Source: Octopus sinensis (Eukaryota). Taken from it: a stretch of DNA of 64,000 nt. A program made the position numbers and the translations under genes. The stretch's first letter is position 1. Every line of letters starts with the position of its first letter. The notes under the pieces were generated by a model. The model was not told the DNA's origin. It worked only from the letters and a program-made list of their open reading frames with translations, and ran no database searches. The stretch is from contig NC_042997.1 of NCBI RefSeq assembly GCF_006345805.1, positions 173,166,001 through 173,230,000 of the forward strand, given 5' to 3'. This document shows positions 51,815 to 63,065 of this stretch, piece by piece.

Positions 51815-52483
51815 TAGCAGTATGACCCGGCAACGCCGGGTCATACTGCTAGTGCATATGCATATACAGCTGCGTGCATATGCACATACACGCGAGTACT
51901 GTCCAAATCTCCGACCAATCACATACAGCTAGCTGGCATTCAATTGGCGAATCAAGTTTCGGGCATTTTGATTGGGTTTTGGATAGAAAATTCACAAGAA
52001 AGTCACATCTATTGATTTTTTTAATGGCTTTGTGGGGTGACTAAGGAAATGTAAAGATGTGCACGATCACCCTAGGACGGTTTTGAATGACCATAGAAAG
52101 TGCGAGCCCTCTAACTGAAAAATTTTGGATTTGTATAAAGGACCCGCACACAGACATTTTGCCGTTTATCTATATCATCATCATCATCGTTTAACGTCCG
52201 TTTTCCGCGCTAGCACGGGTTGGACGGTTCGACCGGGGTCTGGGAAGCCAGGGGCTGCACCAGGCTCCAGTCTGATCTGGCAGAGTTTCTACAGCTGGAT
52301 GCCCTTCCTAACGCCAACCACTCCGCGAGTGTAGTGGGTGCTTTTTACGTGCCACCTGCATAGGTGCCAGGGAGGTCCGGCATCGGCCACGATCGGTTGG
52401 AGCTTTTAACGTGCCACCGGCACGGAAGCCAGTCAAGGCGGGCGGCGCTGGCAGCGGCCACGTTCGGATGGTGCTTATAGAGA
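51814..52483 (-). mobile_element. Non-autonomous Helitron interrupted by a family C SINE
   Basis: 3' CTAG at 51814-51817; 5' end gccgtttatctatat (52161-52175) continues as atagagat (52477-52484) after the SINE. Confidence 0.8.
52174..52476 (-). mobile_element. SINE-like family C, young copy
   Basis: catcatcatcatcgtttaacgtccgttttcc...ggatggtgctt, CpG-rich. Confidence 0.92.
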
Positions 52484-52662
52484 TATATATATATTTCAAT
52501 ACAAAATAATCCACAACCTTCCATCTCAATAAAGTACTATTGTCCCTGAAAGTTGTTCTGTATGCATGTGCATAAATTTTCTCTTTTGCCCATCTCTATC
52601 AATTCACAAACAAATTTATAAGAACACCAGTATAGGAATCAAACAAACTTTTTTCTTGTTGA

Positions 52663-52903
52663 TTAATCCTTTAGCATTCAGATTATTCTGTCAAATGTAA
52701 TACTTACTTATTCACATTTTTAAAAATTAACCATGCATTATCACACAGCTTCAAGATTTTGTTGATATGGTTGGTTATTTTATAGAATGGCATTGTAGGG
52801 TAGATATAAGAAGCAAGATCTGGTCAATCTGAACAAAAAAAAATTTGAGCAAAAAAAAATATATATGGCCCAGATATGGTCAGTTTAAATGCTAAAGGGT
52901 TCA
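52663..52903. mobile_element. piggyBac-type MITE, family F
   Basis: TTAA-tcctttagcattcag ... tttaaatgctaaaggg-ttca. Confidence 0.82.
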
Positions 52904-53624
52904 GGTGTGCATGTGTGTGTGTATTTGAAAGAGTGTGTGCACGTGCATGCATGTCTGGGTGCATGTTACCCATGTCCCGATTTTTAGGATAGGTACACTG
53001 TATCTCAGCATGCATAAATGATGATGAAAAGCCCTCAAAGGTGAGCATCAGGAAAAGCATCTGGCCAAAAGAGCATGCCTCAAAAACACCCATGGGAAAA
53101 GCTGATGTCAAAATAATGACATCAGGAGGAGTTTTTAGTCATGGGTTGCTTAGTTATTCAATAAAAAAGAAAAATCATTAAAATAAGTACCAGAGTGAGA
53201 TAAGTATTGGGTGGGAGGGTAAGTAATCTCATCAACTAAAAGTCATTGAAAGTGGTATCCCAGTATGGCTGCAGTCCAATGACTGACACCAGTAAAAGAA
53301 TAAAAGAGTATTTAATTTATATTGTATTATAAATTGATAATTTTTTTTTCCCTGAAACTTCAGATTTAATACCATAACAATGAACAGCAATCATCAGATT
53401 GTAATAAAGTATACTAAAAATTTTATGTATTTAGCTGATTGCCATTTGTTTCCATGGTGAAACTTTCAAGTTATGGCAAAGTAATCAGCTTCGATTATAG
53501 TATAAATTTATTTTTACGTAATGTAAAAAAGTTGCCTCCTTCAGTACCACTAGATCCTCAGCTAAGTCGTCTGTCGGTTACTTGTAACCTGACCTGACCT
53601 GACCTCACTAGTGAAAAGCAATGA

Positions 53625-53796
53625 GTACACACTTGCACACTTAAGTGGTTGGCATTAGGAAAGGCATCCAGAGGTAAGAACCATACCACAGCAGGCATTG
53701 CACATTGGAGCAGTCCTCTGGCTTGCTAGATCCTGCTAAACAGTCCAACCCATGACAGCACGAAAAGCAAATATTAGATGACGGTAATGATGATGG
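53625..53796 (+). mobile_element. Degenerate family C 3' end
   Basis: gtggttggcattaggaaaggcatccag...aacccatgacagcacg. Confidence 0.65.
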
Positions 53797-54030
53797 CGTA
53801 TTGAATACAGTTTTGCTTTACAACATTACTTTGTTCACAACACACACACACACACACACACACTGTTAGTAGTGGTAGCTATATACACATATGTATAGCA
53901 AGTGTAAAGGAAGAAGCATGCATTCAGTATCAAGACAGTGGTGTCAATGTTTATTTTCAAGCTGAGAAATTCAACATCAATTTCTCCCCCACCCACAAAG
54001 CAAGTTACTTCTTCCTTCCTGTTTCTTTAG

Positions 54031-54054
54031 CGAAAGAAATTCAGCATGGTATAG
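54031..54054 (+). CDS. Candidate 24-nt microexon
   Basis: ttacttcttccttcctgtttctttag|CGAAAGAAATTCAGCATGGTATAG|gtaagt: strong acceptor and perfect donor; phase 1 xKEIQHGI, phase 2 ERNSAWY, phase 0 RKKFSMV-stop. Confidence 0.5.
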   Translation, partial: RKKFSMV

Positions 54055-54098
54055 GTAAGTTATCTTAAATTTCTCAACAAGCTAAATAAATAAATAAC

Positions 54099-54222
54099 TG
54101 TGGCTGTGTGGTAATAAGAAGCATGGCTTCTCAACCACATGGTTCCGGGTTCAGTCCCACCGCGTGGCCTCAGGCTGATCAAAGCCTTGTGAGTAGATTT
54201 GGAGACTGAAAGAAGCCTGCCA

Positions 54223-54254
<32 letters not shown>

Positions 54255-54696
54255 GTTAATCCAAACATGAAAACACAAAGAGAAAACACAACAACGCGAG
54301 GACGTGGAACAAATATAGTATTATTGGATGCTCAGGAAGGAAGGGAAGAAGGAGGGTTTAACGTTTTGAGCGGAGCTCTTCGTCGGAAACATAGGAGAAG
54401 GAAAGATCCAGAGAAGGGAAGACGGAGGAAAAAAAAATCGCCAACGGTACACACGTGGTATATATATATTGTATATGTGCGTGTCTTTGTGTCTGTGCTT
54501 GTCCCCACCATGATCACTTGACAACCAATGTGGGTGTGTTTATGTCCCTGTAATTTAGTGGTTTGGCAAAAAGGGACCAATAGAATAATCACTAGGCTTA
54601 CAAAGAATAGTCCTGGGATCAAATTCTTCAACTAAAACCCTTTGAGGCAGTTCTCTGGCATGGCCACAGTCAAATGACTGAAACAAGTAAAAGAAT
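54099..54696 (+). mobile_element. SINE family A split by a Penelope-like remnant
   Basis: Head 54099-54254 and 3' half 54459-54696 separated at the internal (TA)n. Confidence 0.85.
54255..54458 (-). mobile_element. Penelope-like terminal remnant with hammerhead-like motif (54356-54390)
   Basis: Minus strand gttt ccgacga a gagc-tcc-gctc aaaa cgtt aaac. Confidence 0.78.
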
Positions 54697-54705
54697 ATAC
54701 ATATG

Positions 54706-54812
54706 TGGAGGTACAATGGCCCAGTGGTTAGGGCAGCGGACTTGCAGTTGTAAGATCATGGTTTCAATTCCCAGAGTGGATGTTGTGAGTGTTTATTGAG
54801 TGAAAACACTCA
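54706..54812 (+). mobile_element. Family E tRNA-like head fragment
   Basis: gtggaggtacaatggcccagtggttagggcagcggacttgcag...gtttcaattccc; matches the head of 5799-6105. Confidence 0.7.
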
Positions 54813-55046
54813 AAGCTCAGTTTTTGTCTACCAAATCCACTCACAAGGCTTTGGTTAACCTGAGGCTATAGTAGAAGACACTCTGCCCAAGGTGCCACGC
54901 AGTGAGAATGAACTCCTACAAATTAACACCGATATATATTTTTAAGCCTGGTACGTATTCTGTCAGTCTCTTTTGCCAGACTGCTAAGTTACAAGGATAT
55001 AAATAAACCAACACCAGTTAGTTTCAATACACAAATATATATATTG

Positions 55047-55345
55047 TGTAAGCCCAGTACTTATTCTATCGGTCTCTTTTGCCGAACCGCTAAGTAACGG
55101 GGACATAAACACACCAGCATCGGTTGTCAAGCAATGCTAGGGGGACAAACACAGACACACAAATACGCATATACATATATACGACGGGCTTCTTTCAGTT
55201 TCCGTCTACTAAATCCACTCACAAGGCTTTGGTCGGCCCGAGGCTATAGTAGAAGACACTTGCCCAAGGTGCCACGCAGTGCGACTGAACCCGGAACCAT
55301 GTGGTTGGTAAACAAGCTACATACCACACAGCCACTCCTGCGCCT
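55047..55345 (-). mobile_element. SINE family A, young, 3'-truncated
   Basis: Near-identical reverse complement of 7294-7600. Confidence 0.92.
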
Positions 55346-56399
55346 CTATATATATATATATATATACATATATAAAAAACATAATGGTATTTTTAATGAC
55401 AACCCTTAGTGAGCTGATTTATAATTAAAGACATTTCACCCATGACCATCCCATCGGTTTATATAAACAAGTAGAGTTAGTATGTCCTACTTATTCTGTA
55501 TGCCATCAACTTCTTTTGAAACTTAATAGGATTTGATTATGAAGAAGATTTAGCTGCTATTATTGACAGCGGTAAAAAAAAAAAGTGGAGAGGTTTTTTT
55601 TTTGCATATATATATATATATGAGAGGGACATTTTCTCATTAACTTCAGTTTTTTTTCCCCCCTTACAAAATTGGGTTTTGATATTTGCTCAATACAGGA
55701 TTGCTCAGAATTATTATTATTTTTTCTTTAAACAAATTAATCATTTTAAATTGGATAGAAGATGTGAGAAGTTATTTAAATGTTAAGATGTTAAATTTTA
55801 CACATTTAAAACAAATTGCATTTTAAAAAAAAGAGAAGAAAAAAAAACAAAAACAAACTTCTAAATTAAAAATATTGAAAAAGACAAAAAAAACGACAAC
55901 TAATTTTCTAAAAACCATTTTATGGATAGAATGGGGAGCAAATGTAATTTTCGTGGAAGCAGTGTTGAGGTGGAGACAAATTTGAAAATAATTTCAAAGA
56001 AAACTCTGAGTTACAGCCGTGTAGCCATTTAGAAAATTAACAAAGAACAACTGCTATATATTCTGTGTAGAGAACGGTTAAGATTCCCCACACTATACCA
56101 AACCTTGTGCTCTAATAAACCTGGCCAAAATGCAATATAGTTATTTGCTTTAAATAAGCCGGAACAAATACACATTATGTATGTGTGTTTGTGCATGCAC
56201 ACATACGTATGAGCAGGCACGTACACAACAGTATTACACCCACACACACATATATATATATATATATCATATATATATATATATAAATGCATACGCAAAC
56301 ACACATCTACAAACCTAAACATCAATTTGGTTTAAACAAACTCAGACAGGAAGAAGAGTGATGAAGGTGCAAATCTATACAGCAGACACAGAGAGAGAA

Positions 56400-56445
<46 letters not shown>

Positions 56446-57237
56446 ATAGACTGAGGCAGTGGTGGTGGTGGAGGTAGTTGGGTGTGGGGGTGGCTGTAGG
56501 GTAGCTATAGGGCAGTCAGTCAGGCAGACAGACAAACAGAGATTAATATCTGCAAAACTGTTAGGTTAAGTCAACAACTTAGAGAGAAAGAGAAATTATA
56601 TATAAACAAAAGTGAAACCCAAATGGTAGGGGGGAAAGCAGGCATATGAAAGATAGATAGCTATATAGGGAGGACGGGAGGAGGGGAAGATTATATGGTG
56701 GTGGCAGTGGGGAGTGGTGGAAGTATCAGTAACAGCTGAGAGGAAGGAGACAAGGGGGGGGTAGGAAGAAGAGAAAACATTGAAGCTAGAAGGTAAATTA
56801 TGAAGTTTCTTTTTAACCTTCGTAGCAAGATACCACTGGGTAATGGATTCTTATAACAAAACCTGTATTTCTTACATCTGTATTTAGTGAAAGGAACGGT
56901 GGGGGAGATTGGTGGGTGGATACAGTGAACTGTATGGACCTCCCCCAGAACCTTTATCAAAGCCTGGAAGGCAAAAACCTAAGTACTCAGAGCTTATAGT
57001 GTGGTGCAGCTAAATGACACCAAGAATTTTTGCTTGGCGCTCTTATGAGAGCATCCTCGTGGTGGTAGTAGCAGTAACAACACCACCACCACCACCACCA
57101 TGAAAGTCACCTTTACCTTTCTTTTGTTTGGAGATTGATTAAAAATTAAAACTAATGATATAATTGATTATTCTCTCTCTCTCCTAGGATTCTTGGCCTG
57201 GTGGTGCATATGCTAGAAATACTAATCATTTCTGACA

Positions 57238-57452
57238 TCTCTTTTATTCTTTACTTGTTTCAGTCATTTGACTGCGGCCATGCTGGAGCACCGCCTTTAA
57301 TCGAGCAACTCAACCCCCGGGACTTATTCATTGTAAGCCCAGTACTTATTCTATCGGTCTCTTTTGCCGAACCGCTAAGTGACGGGGACATAAACACACC
57401 AGCATCGGTTGTCAAGCAATGCTGGGGGACAAACACAAACATACACGCACAA

Positions 57453-57495
<43 letters not shown>

Positions 57496-57580
57496 TACGA
57501 CGGGCTTCTTTCAGTTTCCATCTACCAAATCCACTCACAAGGCTTTGGTCGGCCCGAGGCTATAGTAGAAGACACTTGCC
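57238..57580 (-). mobile_element. SINE family A, young, 5'-truncated
   Basis: Tail tcttttattctttacttgtttcag through gaagacacttgccc. Confidence 0.92.
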
Positions 57581-58009
57581 CTATCTATCTACATTTCATT
57601 ATCAACATTAAGGGTGCAGGGCATGGCTGAGTGACAAGTAGTTTGCTTCCTAACAAGATGGTTCTGGGTTCACTACACAACGCCTTGGGCAAGCGTCTAC
57701 AGCCAGGGCTGACCAAATCCTTGAGTGGATTTGATAGACAAATCTGGAAAAAGCCTGTCGTCTATATCTATCTGTGTGTGTGTGTTTTACTGTCTCCTTG
57801 ATTCCATGCCTTGGTATGGCATCAATATGGCTCTGGGTTCACTGCATAGCACCTTGGGCAAGTGTCTTCTACTATAGCCCAGTGCTGACCAAATCTTTGA
57901 GAGTGCATTTGATAGACAAAACTGGAAAAAGCCTGTTGTCTATATCTATCTGTGTGTGTGTGTGTGTGTTTTACTGTCTCTTTGATTCCATACCTTGGTA
58001 TAGCATGAT

Positions 58010-58400
58010 AGCTGTGAGTGCCATTGTCATGCAAGCAGTGCTTTTCACTTCCAATACTCTGAGAAAACATAACTACTCAAGGGGAAATATTACCATACTT
58101 GGAAATGGGCGAGGATTAGCATGAGGAAGGGCATCTGGCTGTAGAAAATCTGTCTCAACAGAGTTCATCCAACTCAAGTGAGCATGGAATAGCAGATGTT
58201 AAAACAATGATGGTAATGATGGTTTTCTATGCTTGCAAAATTCAGATGAAATTTGGTGTGGCAGGTGTTTTTGTTTTTTTTTTTTGGCTGGATGCTCTTC
58301 CTGTTGCCAACTCGTACTGGTTTCCAAGCAAGGTAATATTTCTCCTTCAAACTCAAACAGCACAAATGACCAGATGTTTTCACATTTATTACAATAATGA
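58010..58400. mobile_element. Two family D fragments in opposite orientations
   Basis: atacttggaaatgggcgagg...gaagggcatctggctgtagaaaatctg and ggctggatgctcttcctgttgccaac...ccaagcaaggtaatatt. Confidence 0.65.
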
Positions 58401-58499
58401 TTGTTCTTGATATAAAGCATGAGCTCTGAAATTTGTGAAGATGAAACCAAAGAACGAGTCAATTACTGGGTTTGATGAACTTGACCCCTAAGTAACTGA

Positions 58500-58683
58500 C
58501 ATCATCATCATCGTTTAACGTCTGTTTTCCATGCTAGCACGTGTTGGACGGTTCAACCGGGATCTGGGAAGCCAGGAGACTGCACCACGCTTCAGTCTGA
58601 TCTGGCAGTGTTTCTACAGCTGGATGCCCTTCCTAACGCCAACCACTCCTAGAGTGTAGTGGGTGCTTTTTACGTGCCACCTG
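58500..58683 (-). mobile_element. SINE-like family C, 3' part
   Basis: Matches 52174-52360. Confidence 0.9.
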
Positions 58684-60383
58684 TATTTAATTTTGTCAAT
58701 CTCCAAAAGCCTAAGCAACGAAGCTGATATCAAGCAGGATGGGAAATTGGGACATAATGAATCCGAAGAAATGTGTTATTTCGTCCAACTCTCATGATTC
58801 TGCCTTTCCTTGCATGCTCACATGTGTGTATGTGTGGACATCAGATGGTTTTTACTATAACACTGGACTGATAGGGTTTGTTTTTCCCCTGGTGACAATT
58901 TGTTTCCATCTTTGTAACTTGCCAGATGGAAAAGAGAAAAAAAAAGACCAATAGAAGTACCGGACTTTAAGTACAGGGGTTGATTTGTTCCACTAAACCC
59001 AGCATGGTTACAGTTCAATGAATGAAACAAGTAAAAGAATAAAATACATATTTATATATGTGTGTGTAATTTTAACTTCAAGCAGATTCTTTGTGGAAGA
59101 ATAGGTGTAATGTACATGCATGATCATCACGATATCTGAATCAGCAAGTTCAATGGCCCACACCAACTGTAGAATTTCAGGCTGTGAATCTAGCCTTATA
59201 CCTATTACTTATCCTTCAACCAATTGATACACTGTATGACTATTTACTCATTGTAGGAGCTCAGTCATATCCCTTATCTTGCTTATATTTTCTCACTTGA
59301 TTATCCTGTATCTGCTTTACAAAGTATTATTAATCTACAGGTGCATTTGGGCTTAGGATCCCTTAAACTAAACAGTTATCTGTTTGGCCTCTTTATTGGT
59401 GTTGAAATAATAAGTCTTAAAGTTCACCTTCTTTGTAGTTTTTAGTTATGTTCATCATTTAACAAATTGTCACATTATTACATTTTATTACATACATTAT
59501 ACCTTTTAATCAGAAAAAAAAACTTTTGGAGTTCTTTAACATAGTAATATGTAATTTCAAAATAATTTTGAGTACTTACAAATTTTACTTCTAAGAAATT
59601 TGTTTCAAAAGTGCTAAGTCTTTTCTACACTAGAGGGGTGTATGAATTTCCATGTCCTTATGTCAATGCCCTATGGCAGCAGATGGCAACTCGAGAAAGT
59701 AAAATACAGTCTTCTATAAAATGCATTTCACCTCTGACTGGGTGTTCTGCCTGTAACCAACTCATACTTGTTTCTGAATAAAGTAACTGTTTCCTCTATT
59801 TCTTTAAACATGAACAGCCCAATAGTCAAACATGTTTTTGCAGAAGACAGCAAATGAGTAATAAAGCTTGTATGATAACAGTGCTGGATGTTAAGACAAC
59901 AAGAAAAATACACACAAACAATGAGGTTTATGGGGCAACAGAAGACACATGCTCGAGGTGCTGTGCAGGGAGACTGAACTAAAAACCATGTGGTGGGTAA
60001 AGCAAACTCTATAACCTCACAGCCATATCTGCATTTATCTCCTTCTCTCCAAATATACTTAGATATCTGATGATTTTGCAGAAACCATGGTACGTAGGTA
60101 ATCGTTTTTTATTTTGTATATTTTCATTTGTTTTGCTCATTTTTACATTTTGGCGTTTTGCTGAAATTTTTCTTGAGAACACACTCTTCGTGGTAATGGT
60201 AATTTGATGTCTATGTTTAGCATATTAGGTGTCCACTTTAGTGGTCATTCCTCTTAATTTTGTATTTAGATAAATAGGTTAACACAAAGGCAGATATACA
60301 GACAGATAAAGAAACAGGTAATACAAATATCAAACAAAATTACACGTTCAGTTACATACCACATATAAACATATAAAATAAAA

Positions 60384-60384
<1 letters not shown>

Positions 60385-60415
<31 letters not shown>

Positions 60416-60462
60416 ATAGTAGTAGTAGTGGTGGTAGTGGTGGTAGTAGTGGTAGTAGTAGC

Positions 60463-60492
<30 letters not shown>
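60385..60492. repeat. (TAG)n/(TGG)n microsatellite
   Basis: Directly visible. Confidence 0.95.
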
Positions 60493-60493
<1 letters not shown>

Positions 60494-61295
60494 CTGTCAC
60501 TGTGTGTGTGATTTTAAACAGAATAAGGGGGAACTGTCTTCTAGCTCAGTTTATGCAAAATGTAAAAAATGAAAGGGGAAAAAAACTGGGTAAGATATTT
60601 TGAGTGTTTGAATATTTATTTGCCAAAAGATCCAATAGTTATAGTAAGGGTATTTAATGGATTTGAGATGATGGAGTGGGAAGGGTTTCTAAGCCGCTAG
60701 AATACTACACAAAACCTCATGTATGGTATTTTTTTTCTTCTTTTAACCTCCTTTCCCTCCTGTTGTAGTGAAATTTGATTCTCAAAGTAGTTAACATTAC
60801 CTTCAATTTTTTTTCATTCAGCAGGGAACAAAAAACAACCAAGGACCGATAATTAATTAATTAATTTGATTTAATCCTTTCACAAAAACGACAATGATCT
60901 CTCTTAACAAGGTCAATATGCATGTGACCCTCATTTGTGCACAGTACATACACCCCAGCCAAAATGGAGTCCCCATAATATAGAACCTACTTACAAATAA
61001 GTTCCACATTATGGCAAAATTTTCATCAATGTAATGCTTACACAATGCCCATTGTTGCATGGCTGTGTGGGGAAGTAGTTAATTTCAAGTCTACAGTAAG
61101 GCACTTGCTTCTATCCCCCTATCATACTTTAACCTGCCTCAGATCACCTCTTGCTCTGTGCTACAAAGTGTTAATTTATGATCCAAAAAAAAAAATTATT
61201 ATTATTATTATTCTACTAAAGTCTCCTTTATTTACAGAATTAATTGAAGTAAAGACAGAGCATCTCAACAGAAATATGGTAACAGAAGGGTTAAC

Positions 61296-61640
61296 AAGGT
61301 GGCGAGCTGGCAGAAACGTTAGCACATCGGGCGAAATATTTAGCGGTATTTCATCTGACCTTTACGTTCTGAGTTCAAATTTTGCCAAGAACAACTTTGC
61401 CTTTCATCCCTTTCAGGGTCAATAAATTAAATACCAGTTACACACTAGGATTGATGTAATTGACTTAATCCCACTGTCTGTCCTTGTTTGTCCCCTTTAT
61501 GTTTAGCCCCTTATGGGCAGTAAAGAAATAAAGTTAAGTACCAGTTACGCACTGGGGTCGATGTAATCGAATTAATCCCTTTGTCTGCCCGTGTTTGTCT
61601 CCTCTACGTTTAGCTCCTTGTGGGCAATAAAGAAATAAGA
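61296..61640 (+). mobile_element. SINE family B with partial 3' duplication
   Basis: aaggtggcgagctggcagaaacg head; aagtaccagttac...aaagaaataa repeated. Preceded by the right end of a family G MITE (61215-61293). Confidence 0.88.
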
Positions 61641-61734
61641 AGGGTTAACCTCTAACCTCTCATCATCTGACAAGAAACCACCTCCCTCAATACAACACTC
61701 TCAGTTGAAGAGTCTTGTCTTGAGAGTCACTGGG

Positions 61735-61940
61735 TGACCTCCCTTGCTTCAGTGCCACGTAAAAAGCACCCAATACACTGTGACACAGTTGGTGTTATGA
61801 AGAGCATCAAGCTATAAAAAACATGCCAAAGCAGATATAGGTGTGCTTGGCAGAGTCCTCTTGTTTGTCAGCTCCTGTCGAACTTTTTAACACATGCCAG
61901 CATGGAAAACAGAAGTTATAGGGTGACAATGATGATGATG
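61735..61940 (+). mobile_element. Degenerate family C
   Basis: gtgccacgtaaaaagcaccc...acatgccagcatggaaaacag...gatgatgatg. Confidence 0.7.
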
Positions 61941-62132
61941 TCCTTATAACAGACTCAGATAGATTGTGCAAAGGGACTCTGGCAGACTGAAAAATTTTCA
62001 GTCTATTATATACACCCCCACCTACCTTGGACCCTCAACATCAGGACACACAGCATTATATAGACCTTAAACCTGATAGAATCCATTCCTTCCTAGATTT
62101 AATAAATCAGAGAGAGAGAGAGAGAGAGAGAA

Positions 62133-62500
62133 ATCAAATACAATATCTTTTATCTTTTACTTGTTCCAAGCACCACCTTCAAGAAATTTTGTCGAACAAA
62201 CTGAACCCAGTACATATTTATTTGAAGTCTAGATTTTATTCTATTGATCTCTTTTGCTGCAATAGTAGGCTACAGGGTCATAAACACACCAAAGCTAGTT
62301 GTCAAGCAGTAGTGGTGGCTAAACACAGACACAAAGACACACAAACATGAAGAGCTTCTTTCAGTTTCCATCTACCAAATCCACTCACAAGGCTTTGGTT
62401 GGTCAGAGGCTAAAAATGGAAGACACTTGCCCATAGTGCCAAGCAGTGGGACCGAATTTGGAACTGGCAAGAAACTTCTTACTACAAATCCATGTCTGTG
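62133..62500 (-). mobile_element. Degenerate SINE family A
   Basis: ttttatcttttacttgttcc...cttctttcagtttccatctaccaaatccactcacaaggctttgg. Confidence 0.78.
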
Positions 62501-62689
62501 CTTATGGACTAGTAATTTATTTCTCTATACAGAAAGAATGAGAGACAATGTTGACCTCTGCATGATTCCAGCAGTGAGTTGGACCAGACCACTTGGATAA
62601 CAATTCTACCAACTCCACATGTATGTGTGTGCAAGCTGGTAAGAAATGTGTTGAAAACACCCTTTTGTTTATATGTATACATGTAGCCC

Positions 62690-63065
62690 ACTCCATAAGG
62701 TGGTGTTAACTGTAAAAACCCTGCCAAAACAGACAATGAAGTCTGGTGCAGTCTTCTGCCTAGCTAGCCCTTGTCAAACCGTACAACCCATGCCGGCATG
62801 GGAAATTGACGTTAAATGATGATGATGATACATGTGGGCATGTTTATATTCCCTTGTCCTATATATCAAGAGATGGCAGTATATGGCCTCATGGTCTATG
62901 CACAAGCATGTTCATTTCTCGAACTTCTGTGAAAAACGAGCCTCAGGTAAAAATATTACCTTACTTAGAATAGGGGAGGGAATCTGGTTATAGGAAATCT
63001 GTCACAACAAATTTCATATGACCTATAAAAGCATGGAAAAGGGGACGCTAAATGATAATGCTAAT
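62690..63065 (+). mobile_element. Family C and family D 3' fragments
   Basis: aacccatgccggcatgggaaattgacgttaaatgatgatgat and aaaagcatggaaaaggggacgctaaatgataatg. Confidence 0.65.
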
